IMG/VR virus record: IMGVR_UViG_651324073_000003
Span: 1 to 64,000 of that record
Source: a virus
Taxonomy: Duplodnaviria; Caudoviricetes
DNA length: 64,000 nucleotides
Direction: 5' to 3' (one strand)
Below the pieces are notes generated by a model. That model was not told the origin of the DNA. It did no database searches and saw only the letters and a program-made list of their open reading frames with translations. The translations under genes were made by a program, and so were the position numbers. Position 1 is the first letter of the stretch; every line of letters begins with the position of its first letter. Shown piece by piece: positions 26,995-35,726 of the stretch.

Positions 26995-28706
26995 GCGCGC
27001 ACCGCCGTCAGGATCACCACCGACACGCTGGTGCCGGCGAACTCGTTGTCGTAGGTGCGCGACCACTCGCACGACCAGCCGGGCAGCACGTCCTTTTCCT
27101 TGGCGCTGGCCGGCAGGATGGCGACGAGTCGGCCGTCCTTGGAGAGCATGGCCGCAGCGTGCTCGAGGTGCGCCTGCCACCGGCCTTCGCTGAACGGCGG
27201 GTTCATGACGATCCGATCGACCCGCAGAGAGGTGGCCATCGTGAGGAAGTCGCCGCAGGTCACCGAGAAGCCCTTGGCCTCGAGCACCTTGCAGTGCAGC
27301 GCGCTGATCTCGACGCACAGCGTCCGATCCTTCGGCATCCGGTCGGCCAGGCCGCCGGTGCCAGCGCTGGGCTCGAGGCAGGCGTGATCCGGGCCGATCT
27401 GCGCGGCCTCGATCGCAGCCGCGGCGACGTTCTCAGGCGTGGGATAGAACTGATGCGCCTTCTGATCTGGCAGGCAGCCGGATGCGACCACCTCGGACAC
27501 CGCATCGCGGGCGTCGTAGTCGAAGGCGTAGTAGTGCCCGTTCCGGCCGTTCGGCGTCTTCACGCCGCCCAGGTAGGCCATGACGCGGTCGATGTCGGCT
27601 TGCAGGGCCTTGTCGTCCACGCGGCCGTACTTCAGCTGCAGCCCGTGGCTGATCTTCGTGCGCAGGTATTCCTGACGCCACGCCTGCGGGCCGGTGTTCT
27701 TCTCCAGCAGGTAGGCTTCCTCCATTCCGCCCAGCGCTTCGACGACGCGGAACGGCAGCGGCCGCCCCATCATCACGAAGTCCTTGGTCTTCTTCTTCGG
27801 GCGCTGGCGGAACTGGGCGGGAATCGCGAGCGGGTAGAGATGCGCCAGCACGCAGTTCAGGCGCCACGCCATGTCCGGGTGCACCTCGAGGTGCGCGGTA
27901 CCGCACTTGTAGGCGCGCAGACGCAGCGCACCGCCATCCAGCGTCAGCCACTCGCCGCGGTGCTGCCGGCGCGCAATGTCGACCACGCTGGATGTAGCGT
28001 TCCAGCCCGGCTCGTCGCGCCCCATGAACTTCGCGATCACCTTGCGCAGGTCATTGATGTAACCGACGCGGTCGCTGTCCGTGTTGCCGTAGCCGTTGAT
28101 CAGCCGCGCGATGATCATGCGCCGGCCGAATCCCTCCGGGCAGTTGGTCACGTGCTCACCGGACAGCGCTCGGAAGATGCCGTCCACGCGCTCGGCCAGG
28201 AACTTTGCGCGGCTGTTCAGCAGGTCCAGCAGCGTCGCGCGGACGGTCTGTTCCTCGAAGTCAGGGAGCGGCGGAAGATCCTTGTCGCTGCTGTGCCGAG
28301 CGGCCTTTCGGCCCTGCGGATAGCGAATCTGTTCGTTCCACTGGTTTCGGCGTTCCTGCGGCATGGCGTCGTAGACGTCAGTCAGGTTCAGCGCCTTCGA
28401 CCAGTAGGCCGCGTTCAGCGCCGCGACGGCGCCGGCCTGCTCGAACAGCTGGGTAGCTGCCGATGACAGCGACGTGCGCCCGCGGTCTGGGTCGGAATTG
28501 CCGTCCAGGAAGTAGTTCAGGACGCCGGCGCACTCCGGGCCGTTGATGAAGGCGGCAGCCGCCTCGATCCGCGCGCGGTCCTGCCGGTAGCCGGCCACCA
28601 GCCCGTCGACCATGTCGGTCGAGGTCGGCGCGAAAAAGGCCGAGACATCGTCTATCAGGTCGCCGTCGCGCGCGGCCGCGATCACATCATGGTCAGCGTG
28701 GCTCAC
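26991..28706 (-). CDS. DUF4942-domain SAM-dependent (N6-adenine type) DNA methyltransferase
   Basis: CLEPSAGTG motif I, IVMNPPF motif IV, YKCGTAHLEVHPDMAWRLN. Confidence 0.82.
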   Translation of the reverse strand: MSHADHDVIAAARDGDLIDDVSAFFAPTSTDMVDGLVAGYRQDRARIEAAAAFINGPECAGVLNYFLDGNSDPDRGRTSLSSAATQLFEQAGAVAALNAAYWSKALNLTDVYDAMPQERRNQWNEQIRYPQGRKAARHSSDKDLPPLPDFEEQTVRATLLDLLNSRAKFLAERVDGIFRALSGEHVTNCPEGFGRRMIIARLINGYGNTDSDRVGYINDLRKVIAKFMGRDEPGWNATSSVVDIARRQHRGEWLTLDGGALRLRAYKCGTAHLEVHPDMAWRLNCVLAHLYPLAIPAQFRQRPKKKTKDFVMMGRPLPFRVVEALGGMEEAYLLEKNTGPQAWRQEYLRTKISHGLQLKYGRVDDKALQADIDRVMAYLGGVKTPNGRNGHYYAFDYDARDAVSEVVASGCLPDQKAHQFYPTPENVAAAAIEAAQIGPDHACLEPSAGTGGLADRMPKDRTLCVEISALHCKVLEAKGFSVTCGDFLTMATSLRVDRIVMNPPFSEGRWQAHLEHAAAMLSKDGRLVAILPASAKEKDVLPGWSCEWSRTYDNEFAGTSVSVVILTAVRA

Positions 28707-28831
28707 CCGAACACCCTCCAGCACACAAACGCCAGAGCCGCGACGGGGATGCCGACGGTGCCGATCACGAGACCCACCATCGAGCCTGCGTCCATGAAGG
28801 CCTGGAGGTAGCGACGCAGGAACTGGCTCAT
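28703..28831 (-). CDS. Small membrane protein (42 aa)
   Basis: Read by hand: MSQFLRRYLQAFMDAG...; coupled overlaps. Confidence 0.45.
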   Translation of the reverse strand: MSQFLRRYLQAFMDAGSMVGLVIGTVGIPVAALAFVCWRVFG

Positions 28832-29184
28832 GCCGCATTCCTTTCCGCGATCACCTGCTCCATCACGGTGGTGTGCCCGATCTTGGCCAGGTACTGCGTA
28901 ACGCCGCGCCAGCCCGTGAAGGCTTCGAAGCTCGGGGCCAGGTCGGGCGGCAGATCCATCGGCGCCTTCGTGTGCGGATTCAGCATGCGGCTGACGTGCG
29001 GGCGGTGCGCACCGGACGAGCGGGCGAACATCGACTGGTCACCGATCTCGTCGCGGCTGTTCCGCCGGCGGTTCTGCCAGCACCAGACCACCGCGTCACG
29101 GTAGGTCTGCCAACCTGTAACGATGGAATCGGCCACCCATCTGGATTTCGGCAAGGCGTCGAGGAACGGCATTTCACGTTGCAT
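28828..29184 (-). CDS. CII-like HTH regulator
   Basis: HTH-like segment QSMFARSSGAHRPHVSRML; position after cro. Confidence 0.6.
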   Translation of the reverse strand: MQREMPFLDALPKSRWVADSIVTGWQTYRDAVVWCWQNRRRNSRDEIGDQSMFARSSGAHRPHVSRMLNPHTKAPMDLPPDLAPSFEAFTGWRGVTQYLAKIGHTTVMEQVIAERNAA

Positions 29185-29451
29185 GGCTGCCACCATCAGC
29201 GGAATTGATGCAACGCGCCCTGATTACAGGTTGCGTTACAGGTTGGAAGCTGCCGAAAATTTTTTCGACGGCGGGGAAGAGAAAGACCCCTGCCCGCTCC
29301 ACAGAAACCGGCCGACACGGACCAAATCTCAACAGGCAGGGGTTGAAGGCCACGCCGGGAGGAGGTCGGTGTGGTGTTGGCTGAAGGGCGGTTTCCCGCG
29401 ATGCCGATAGAATGGAAGTTCCACCAACCACCGAATGACAAAGGGGAAACC

Positions 29452-29718
29452 ATGGAAGCAGGTACCGCAGGAGACGACGAGAAGGCGTCGTCCGCAGGGA
29501 TAGCGTTCGCCATGCAGACGGCGTTGAGAGCGTTACTCAAAGCGCACCCCCAAATAGACGAGCTATTGCCCGTGCTGAAGCGCGAAGGCGAAGAATCACT
29601 CTCGCTCCTGCTGCACATGGGCGTTCCGGATCGCTCGATCGAAGCGTTTCGGGATGCGTGGAACGGACTGGTTCCATACGTAGATGACGGGCCAGCCGGA
29701 ACAGACCCTCGGCTTTAG
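29452..29718 (+). CDS. Hypothetical protein antisense to the cro-cII operon
   Basis: AAGGGG SD before ATG 29452; 88 aa. Confidence 0.5.
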   Translation: MEAGTAGDDEKASSAGIAFAMQTALRALLKAHPQIDELLPVLKREGEESLSLLLHMGVPDRSIEAFRDAWNGLVPYVDDGPAGTDPRL

Positions 29719-29742
29719 ATGGCCACTGGATGGACGGCTTCA

Positions 29743-29964
29743 TCAGGCGACGGCCTGGTCGGTGCCGGACGCGCCCTTCTCGGCGGTGCCGCGGAGGTCA
29801 TCGAGAAGCCGAGCAAGCGCAAGCGCGTCATCCGCGGCAGTCGGGACTTCCCCGTTCTCCCATCGGGATATGCGCGGCTGAGGCACCTTCACGCGGCTGG
29901 CGATCTCGGTCTGGCTCAGGCCGAACTCTTGCCGCAGGGCGGCGATGATCTGTTGGGTATCCAT
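29743..29964 (-). CDS. cro: Cro-like repressor
   Basis: HTH (GLSQTEIASRVKVPQPRISRWE), divergent from cI. Confidence 0.85.
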   Translation of the reverse strand: MDTQQIIAALRQEFGLSQTEIASRVKVPQPRISRWENGEVPTAADDALALARLLDDLRGTAEKGASGTDQAVA

Positions 29965-29972
29965 GAACCAAA

Positions 29973-30015
29973 ACTATACGATCACGCATAGCTTTGTCAA
30001 TGCGCTATCGCATTA
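29973..30015. promoter_or_regulatory. OR operators (29974-29991, 29998-30015) and PR (TTGACA..TATAGT, minus strand)
   Basis: CTATACG-ATCA-CGCATAG and CAATGCG-CTAT-CGCATTA match the OL sites. Confidence 0.8.
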
Positions 30016-30037
30016 TGCATTCGCGAATACTTGGGGA

Positions 30038-30736
30038 ATGAAACTGATCGAGAATCTGGCGGCGCTGATGGAGCGCAGCGGCGATAACCCCTACTCCTTG
30101 GCGCGCAAGGTGAAGGCGCGGTACGGCACCAGCCCGACCCAGCCGACGCTTGCGCGAATCCTCGATGGCACATCCAGAGAACCGCGCCGGTCAAGCCTGC
30201 AACCAGTCGCCGATTACTATGGCGTCTCGGTCGATGCTCTGTTTGACGACGACCTGACCAGAAGGGGCGAAGGCGCGCCGGTTTCCACCACATCAAGGGG
30301 AGACTCCCTATCGATCCCGGTCACTGATGCGTGGGGCTCTATGGGGCTGGGAGCCCCGCAGCCTGAGCATGAGGCGATCGTCTCCGGGGTGACAGTCAGC
30401 ATGGACTGGGTGCGGCACTCTCTTCCGCGCATCAGCCATCCCTCGCGGCTGGCTGTGCTCACTGCCTTCGGACGGAGCATGGAGCCGACCTTGGAGGACG
30501 GCGACACCATGCTGGTGGATCGCGGGGTCAGCGAGATTCGCGAGGATGGCATCTTCGTGATCGCGTTGGATGACGAGCTCTACGTGAAGCGCGTCCAGCG
30601 CCGGCTGCCCGACAAGGCGATCATCATCAAGTCCGACAACCCGCACTACGAACCGATGGTGGTCGAGAACGGGGACCGCAACAAGTTGGAGATCCTCGGC
30701 CGCGTGGTCTGGGTCTGGAAAGGGATCAAGCTCTGA
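30038..30736 (+). CDS. cI: CI repressor with S24 autopeptidase domain
   Basis: N-terminal HTH; GRSMEPTL..GD..LVD and YVKRVQ catalytic Ser/Lys. Confidence 0.92.
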   Translation: MKLIENLAALMERSGDNPYSLARKVKARYGTSPTQPTLARILDGTSREPRRSSLQPVADYYGVSVDALFDDDLTRRGEGAPVSTTSRGDSLSIPVTDAWGSMGLGAPQPEHEAIVSGVTVSMDWVRHSLPRISHPSRLAVLTAFGRSMEPTLEDGDTMLVDRGVSEIREDGIFVIALDDELYVKRVQRRLPDKAIIIKSDNPHYEPMVVENGDRNKLEILGRVVWVWKGIKL

Positions 30737-31197
30737 TGGCGATCATCAAGTGCAAGGAGTGCGGAGGTCAGGTCAGCACCAAGGCCGAATCATGCCCGGC
30801 GTGCGGGGCCACGCAGAAGAAGCCGATGGGCTGCCTTGGGTGGTCGCTGTTCTTGCTGGTGATCCTTCCAGTCGGCCTGATCATCGTGGCCGCCTTTTCT
30901 GGAAGCGGCGAGCAATCTCGTCCGGCAAACGACGGCAAGCCGACCGCAGCTCAATACAAGTACGGCGCACGGGAGTTCGTGAAGGGGGTCTTGAAAGACC
31001 CCGCATCGGCAGAGTTCCGGAACGAGTTCGTGGGCAGCAGCGGCGTTCCCTGCGGCGAAGTGAATGCCAAGAACAGTTTTGGCGGATACACGGGATTCAA
31101 ACGATTCGTTTCCGCCGGACGGGAAGCGACATTCATCGAGTCGCGGAGCACAGCAGATGGGTTCGATAAGGTCTGGAATCAGTTCTGCCGGCGCTAG
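30736..31197 (+). CDS. Zinc-ribbon membrane protein
   Basis: CKECG..VS..A..CPACG, one TM, VCGEVNAKNSFGGYTG-type periplasmic domain. Confidence 0.75.
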   Translation: MAIIKCKECGGQVSTKAESCPACGATQKKPMGCLGWSLFLLVILPVGLIIVAAFSGSGEQSRPANDGKPTAAQYKYGAREFVKGVLKDPASAEFRNEFVGSSGVPCGEVNAKNSFGGYTGFKRFVSAGREATFIESRSTADGFDKVWNQFCRR

Positions 31198-31789
31198 GCT
31201 GGCCGTCGCAGTCGCCTTGGCGTCTGCAGGCTGCGCGGCGCCGCGCACCATGACCCAGGCCGAGTGGGAGTCATCGCTGGTGCGTGACTTCTCAGGCGTG
31301 AGCCGAGATCAGGTTCTGGCGGCCGCGCGCCGCGTCTTCGAACTGGCCGATCCTGCTGACTTCCGGATCGTTCCAACCGAAGACGGCATTCTGGCCACAC
31401 GAAAGTGGTCGTGGTTTCTCCTGATCGCCGCAACGCAGGGAACGGACACCTGGAATCTCACGGCCAAGGACATCGGCGGCGTCGTTCGCGCAAGAGTGCA
31501 TGTTTCGGTGCTGACGTCGGACACCAACGCGGCAGTGATCGGAGCTGCTGCCATCCCGGTTACCAGCACAACTCAGACGCCTACCGTCGACGGCACCGCC
31601 ATCTACGACGTGTTTTGGGCGCGTGTCGAATACCTCCTCGGACAGAGGGACGACTGGATGTCCTGCGTGGAATCGAATGCCCGGCAGAAGAGCCGGCTGG
31701 TTTGGGGCTTCAACGAGCCGCTGTGTGACAGTCTGACAACCGTGGATGCACCAGCGCCGGACAGAATACTGGGCTTGGAGCATCGATGA
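31157..31789 (+). CDS. Putative lipoprotein
   Basis: Lipobox LASAGC; start uncertain. Confidence 0.6.
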   Translation: MGSIRSGISSAGARLAVAVALASAGCAAPRTMTQAEWESSLVRDFSGVSRDQVLAAARRVFELADPADFRIVPTEDGILATRKWSWFLLIAATQGTDTWNLTAKDIGGVVRARVHVSVLTSDTNAAVIGAAAIPVTSTTQTPTVDGTAIYDVFWARVEYLLGQRDDWMSCVESNARQKSRLVWGFNEPLCDSLTTVDAPAPDRILGLEHR

Positions 31790-32019
31790 GCAACCCTTGG
31801 GAGGATCTGGATGAGGCGGAAGTGCGGCGCCGGCGGATCATTGGAGAAACGATTGATCGCGTAGTGGGCGCCGTCGGCCTTACCTCCCTTCTTCTGCTGC
31901 TGCCGATTTACTTCGTATCGCCGGTTTTTGCCGAACACTTCTTTTGGACGATGACAGCGGCGATATTCGGTATCGGCCTGTTAAAGCCGGTCTTAATCCG
32001 AGACGGAAGCATCGAGTGA
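31786..32019 (+). CDS. Small two-TM membrane protein
   Basis: Two hydrophobic helices; ATGA coupling. Confidence 0.6.
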   Translation: MSNPWEDLDEAEVRRRRIIGETIDRVVGAVGLTSLLLLLPIYFVSPVFAEHFFWTMTAAIFGIGLLKPVLIRDGSIE

Positions 32020-32441
32020 GCGCAGCGGTAGTGCTCTCCCTCGTCGTCGCCATCTCCGACGGGGACACGCTCACGGTGCGCCCCGACGACGGCGAGCAGC
32101 TGCGGGTGCGCGTGGCGGAGATCGACGCACCGGAGAGCCGGCAGCCGTTTGGCGCGGCGGCGAAGCGCTCGCTGTCGGACCTGTGCTTCCGCGAGCGCGC
32201 TGAGATCCGGCCGCAGAAGACGGACCGGTACGGCCGCACCGTCGCCCGGGTGACCTGCCGAGGGCAGGACGCCAGCGCGCACCAGGTGCGGACCGGGATG
32301 GCGTGGGTGTTCGATCGGTATGTGACGGACCACGCGCTGTATCGGCTACAGGATGAGGCGAAGGCCGCCGGCCGGGGCCTGTGGTCTGAGCCGGCTCCGG
32401 TGGCGCCGTGGGAGTGGCGCCAAGCATCACGCCATCGCTGA
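32016..32441 (+). CDS. Thermonuclease (SNase) family protein
   Basis: ISDGDT, RVAEIDAPE..QPFG, DRYGRTVA, GLWS. Confidence 0.9.
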   Translation: MSAAVVLSLVVAISDGDTLTVRPDDGEQLRVRVAEIDAPESRQPFGAAAKRSLSDLCFRERAEIRPQKTDRYGRTVARVTCRGQDASAHQVRTGMAWVFDRYVTDHALYRLQDEAKAAGRGLWSEPAPVAPWEWRQASRHR

Positions 32442-32540
32442 AGGTGCCGCTACATCTTTCTTGGTCGGATGGGAGCAATCGCGATCGAGCGTGACCAAAT
32501 CAACCTACCAAGCCCATGAGTCCTTCGCTAGAATTCCTTC

Positions 32541-33269
32541 ATGGTCACGTATGTTCTTCGCATCAAGGGCTTTACGCCGGATACCCTGCCGCTAAGTCGG
32601 CTGGGGCAGTATCTATCGGCCCTATCGGACTTGGTCGGTCCGGATGCCCCGGTACACTTCGACCGGGTCACGAAGGGCAGCGCCAAGCTTAAGGTGAAAA
32701 TTTCGGAGGATGCCGCTCCGAACATTGAATCTCGGGTTCGACTTGCGTCAGTCGCAGAGCCGAACAGCGAACCTCGGCGGGCATACGAGAAGATTCAAGG
32801 CTTGCTTCGAGAGGATCAGACCAGCGCTGAGTTCCGCCCAGATAACGGTGCCGTCATCTTGGCTTTCCCAGGGGGTAAGAAAGCCCCACCGAAACGCATC
32901 GCGTCTGTGCGTGAGTACGGAGAACTCAACGGCCGCATCATACGTCTCGGGGGAAAGGACGACACGATCCCTGTCGGGTTGCAGCAGTCCGACGGAACGG
33001 TGATCAATTGCACAGCGACGGTCGAACTGGCACGGCAATTGAAGCAGTACTTGTTGGAGCCGGTCGACGTTGTACTCAACGGAGTGGGTCGCTGGACAAG
33101 AACCGCTGAGGGGCTATGGGAGGCCTCAGATTTCAAGATATCTGAATGCTATCCATTGCAGTACGACGGATTCGACGAGGCTCTCGAAAAGGTGCGCATG
33201 AGTGGGTCTGGCTGGGACACAGAACAAGACATCGACGCAGTGCTCCACCGCATTCGCTACGGGGACTGA
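32541..33269 (+). CDS. Hypothetical protein (242 aa), PIN partner
   Basis: Lower-GC ORF whose stop abuts the PIN start. Confidence 0.75.
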   Translation: MVTYVLRIKGFTPDTLPLSRLGQYLSALSDLVGPDAPVHFDRVTKGSAKLKVKISEDAAPNIESRVRLASVAEPNSEPRRAYEKIQGLLREDQTSAEFRPDNGAVILAFPGGKKAPPKRIASVREYGELNGRIIRLGGKDDTIPVGLQQSDGTVINCTATVELARQLKQYLLEPVDVVLNGVGRWTRTAEGLWEASDFKISECYPLQYDGFDEALEKVRMSGSGWDTEQDIDAVLHRIRYGD

Positions 33270-33764
33270 ATGCCGACCGTTATTGACGCAAACGTCCTGA
33301 TTGCGCTTTTCACGAAGGACCGCGAAGACAAGCGGGACGCTCGTATCCGAGGGCTAATTAAAGATACTCGTTCGTCACGAGGGCGACTGATCATCCCGAG
33401 CCCTGCGCTTGCGGAATTTTCAGTTGGCGCCACCGATGCAGAACTCGACTTCTTGAATTCGCAGTCGATATTCAAGATCGCCCCATTTGATGCCGTCACC
33501 GCATTGGAGTGCGGTTTTTTGATTCGCGATGTATTCGCGAAAGATGGCAAAAAGAACCGGCAGAAGATCAAGTTCGACTTGCAGATCCTCGCAATTGCGA
33601 AAGCGCAAGGTGCGCAGCGCCTTGTCACTAACGATGAGCAGCTCCGCAAGCGCGCCATCCAGTTTGGCATCCAAGGCGTCGATCTGTCAGACCTCCCGAT
33701 TCCCGACGACGAACGGCAGATGCCGCTTGCGCTGAAGGATGCGCACGAAACCAGAGAAGACTGA
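33270..33764 (+). CDS. PIN-domain ribonuclease
   Basis: VIDANVLI, IPSPALAEF, FDLQILAIA, LVTND acidic PIN motifs. Confidence 0.85.
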   Translation: MPTVIDANVLIALFTKDREDKRDARIRGLIKDTRSSRGRLIIPSPALAEFSVGATDAELDFLNSQSIFKIAPFDAVTALECGFLIRDVFAKDGKKNRQKIKFDLQILAIAKAQGAQRLVTNDEQLRKRAIQFGIQGVDLSDLPIPDDERQMPLALKDAHETRED

Positions 33765-33787
33765 GAAGGAATAGAAACTCACCAATC

Positions 33788-33811
33788 AGCCCGCCCCGCG
33801 CGGGCTTTTTC
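33788..33811 (+). terminator. Rho-independent terminator
   Basis: AGCCCGC-CCCGC-GCGGGCT-TTTT. Confidence 0.7.
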
Positions 33812-33822
33812 TTGCCCGCCCG

Positions 33823-34089
33823 CTACACCTGCTCTCCATCCGCCCTGGCCAGCGCCCGCCTGACCAGCTCCCGCCGCGGATCACCCTCTTCGAACGTCTC
33901 GCCCAGCTGCGCCAGCGTCGCGTACATCGTCGGTGCTGACGCGAACAGCACACCGACGTCCTCGCGCACCTGCGAACAGATCACGCGCCCCTCAGCATCG
34001 AACACCACGTGCCGTGCGTCGCCCACGCCCACCTTCGAGAACCTGAACGGCGCCGCCATCGACCACCGGTTCTGCCACTTCCCCGCCAT
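33823..34089 (-). CDS. Hypothetical protein, homologue of 47453-47779
   Basis: MAGKW...DAEGR...EDVG.L.AS.PTM.ATL. Confidence 0.65.
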   Translation of the reverse strand: MAGKWQNRWSMAAPFRFSKVGVGDARHVVFDAEGRVICSQVREDVGVLFASAPTMYATLAQLGETFEEGDPRRELVRRALARADGEQV

Positions 34090-34168
34090 CTGCCCTTCCC
34101 CCTGAATTCGCGTCGGTGTTCGACAGCGTACGACCTTCGTCGTCATCCGAACGGATGAGCCTGAAAAA

Positions 34169-34212
34169 CTATGCGCTTTCGCATTGACACGAACTATGCG
34201 CTTTCGTATAGT
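34169..34212 (+). promoter_or_regulatory. OL operators (34169-34186, 34194-34211) and PL promoter
   Basis: TTGACA(34184)-17 bp-TATAGT(34207); two CTATGCG-CTTT-CG(C/T)AT(T/A)G sites. Confidence 0.85.
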
Positions 34213-34353
34213 TCAACCCATCGCAGCACCCGCTGCGCAGCACCAGCAAAAGCCCCGAGCGGGCCAGCGCCCTAAGCCGATCCGGCTCTGCCCTCTTCTG
34301 GCATCCGTAGGCGACCGGCCACCACTGGTGCCCCACTCACGATGGAGGCAGTC

Positions 34354-34689
34354 ATGGACAGCAGGGATCAAGCGGAGATGCAGATCGCGGCCGAAGTGCG
34401 GCAGCAGATCGAGTCGACCGGCCAGTACAACCAGCGGGACGGCAGCCTGGAGTACCACGGCGCCGACTGCGAGTACTTCACGCGGCACACGCTGGCGGTG
34501 ATGGCGGCCGGCGGCTGCCCCAGCACGACGATGACCCTGTTGCGCGACCTGCGCGACGAACTGATCGACCAGATCACCCGGGCGGAGATCAAGGCGCGCG
34601 CCGACGACCTGGCCGCGAAGATCGCCGAGGAGCGCGCCGCCGAGCTGGCGCGTCTGGCTGAACTGGCGCGGTACGGGGTGGCGGCATGA
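34354..34689 (+). CDS. First PL-operon hypothetical protein
   Basis: GGAGG SD; coupled to next gene. Confidence 0.65.
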   Translation: MDSRDQAEMQIAAEVRQQIESTGQYNQRDGSLEYHGADCEYFTRHTLAVMAAGGCPSTTMTLLRDLRDELIDQITRAEIKARADDLAAKIAEERAAELARLAELARYGVAA

Positions 34690-35027
34690 GCGCCCACACG
34701 CCGGGGCCGTGGGTCGCAAAAAGAATGCGGAATGACCACGGGAACTTCGACATTGACTCCGATAGCGGGTTCTTCGTGGCGGAGACGATAGGCGGGTTGG
34801 ATGACGGCAAAGAAGAAGCCAACGCCCGCCTGATCGCCGCCGCGCCGGATCAGAACGCGGCACTGCTGCATGCCGACGGCTGTTTTCAAGCGGCCCTGTT
34901 CGAAGGCTGGATCGACGCGCTTGCAGACGGCGATATCGACCGCATCCGCGACATCTGGAGCCGGCGCCTCTCGTGCGCGTTTGAACTGATCCCCGCAGCC
35001 ATCGAGAAGGCCGGAGGTGCGGCATGA
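34686..35027 (+). CDS. Phage early hypothetical (TPGPW...ANARLIAAAP family)
   Basis: HTPGPW and ANARLIAAAPD motifs. Confidence 0.7.
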   Translation: MSAHTPGPWVAKRMRNDHGNFDIDSDSGFFVAETIGGLDDGKEEANARLIAAAPDQNAALLHADGCFQAALFEGWIDALADGDIDRIRDIWSRRLSCAFELIPAAIEKAGGAA

Positions 35028-35416
35028 ACGCCCCGCGCTACGACTTCACGGTGCGTGACGACGTGGATTGCCTCGTCGTCGCCGTGTGCAACGAGAACCC
35101 TGCGCTGAAAGCCATCGGTGAGGACCAGGGCTTCGACGCCGTGATGCAGACGCTGCTGGTGGCCGGCTGCATGTACGTCCGCGGCATGCACGGCATCGAC
35201 CCGGACCCGGACGCAACCGTGGCACAGGTCGCCGAGGCCGCGCGCGTGCTGGGCTTCGCGCTGGTGACCCGCAAGAACGGCGAGATCGTTGTCGCGGCGC
35301 CGGGCACCGGCCGGCTGTTCGGCATCGTCAGCCGCGACGGCTGCTACGACACCACCGAGCGCAGCGCTGCGGTTGCCGACTGCGCGTCGGACGCGCTGGC
35401 GCGGGGTGCGGCATGA
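35024..35416 (+). CDS. Hypothetical protein
   Basis: ATGA-coupled in PL operon. Confidence 0.6.
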   Translation: MNAPRYDFTVRDDVDCLVVAVCNENPALKAIGEDQGFDAVMQTLLVAGCMYVRGMHGIDPDPDATVAQVAEAARVLGFALVTRKNGEIVVAAPGTGRLFGIVSRDGCYDTTERSAAVADCASDALARGAA

Positions 35417-35625
35417 GTGCGGCGGCGATCATCGGGAATGTCGTCATCTACGACGACATCTTCCAGGGCCACGTGCATCAAGAGCACGAGGGCGTCTTGA
35501 TTGACGCGCGCATCGGCTTCATCGATGCGGTGGAGTTCATACCGGCGGGGGGCTGCATGTGCATGGCCTCCTACTCATGGAGCTTCGCCGCCCAGTCTCT
35601 CTTGCGAAGGGAGCGACTGTCATGA
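35413..35625 (+). CDS. Hypothetical protein
   Basis: ATGA-coupled in PL operon. Confidence 0.5.
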   Translation: MSAAAIIGNVVIYDDIFQGHVHQEHEGVLIDARIGFIDAVEFIPAGGCMCMASYSWSFAAQSLLRRERLS

Positions 35626-35726
35626 TCGCCGCGCTCTACATCGCCGCCTACGTGGCCGTGTGCTGGGCCGTGGCGCGCGCCGTGGGCCGCTGCATCGACG
35701 AGATGGGGGCCGGCGACGATGAATAA
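35622..35726 (+). CDS. Small membrane peptide (34 aa)
   Basis: Read by hand: MIAALYIAAYVAVCWAVARAVGRCIDEMGAGDDE. Confidence 0.45.
   Translation: MIAALYIAAYVAVCWAVARAVGRCIDEMGAGDDE

Noticed and set aside
34090-34130. LexA box upstream of 33823-34089
   Set aside because: Only a half-site (ACAG) is present
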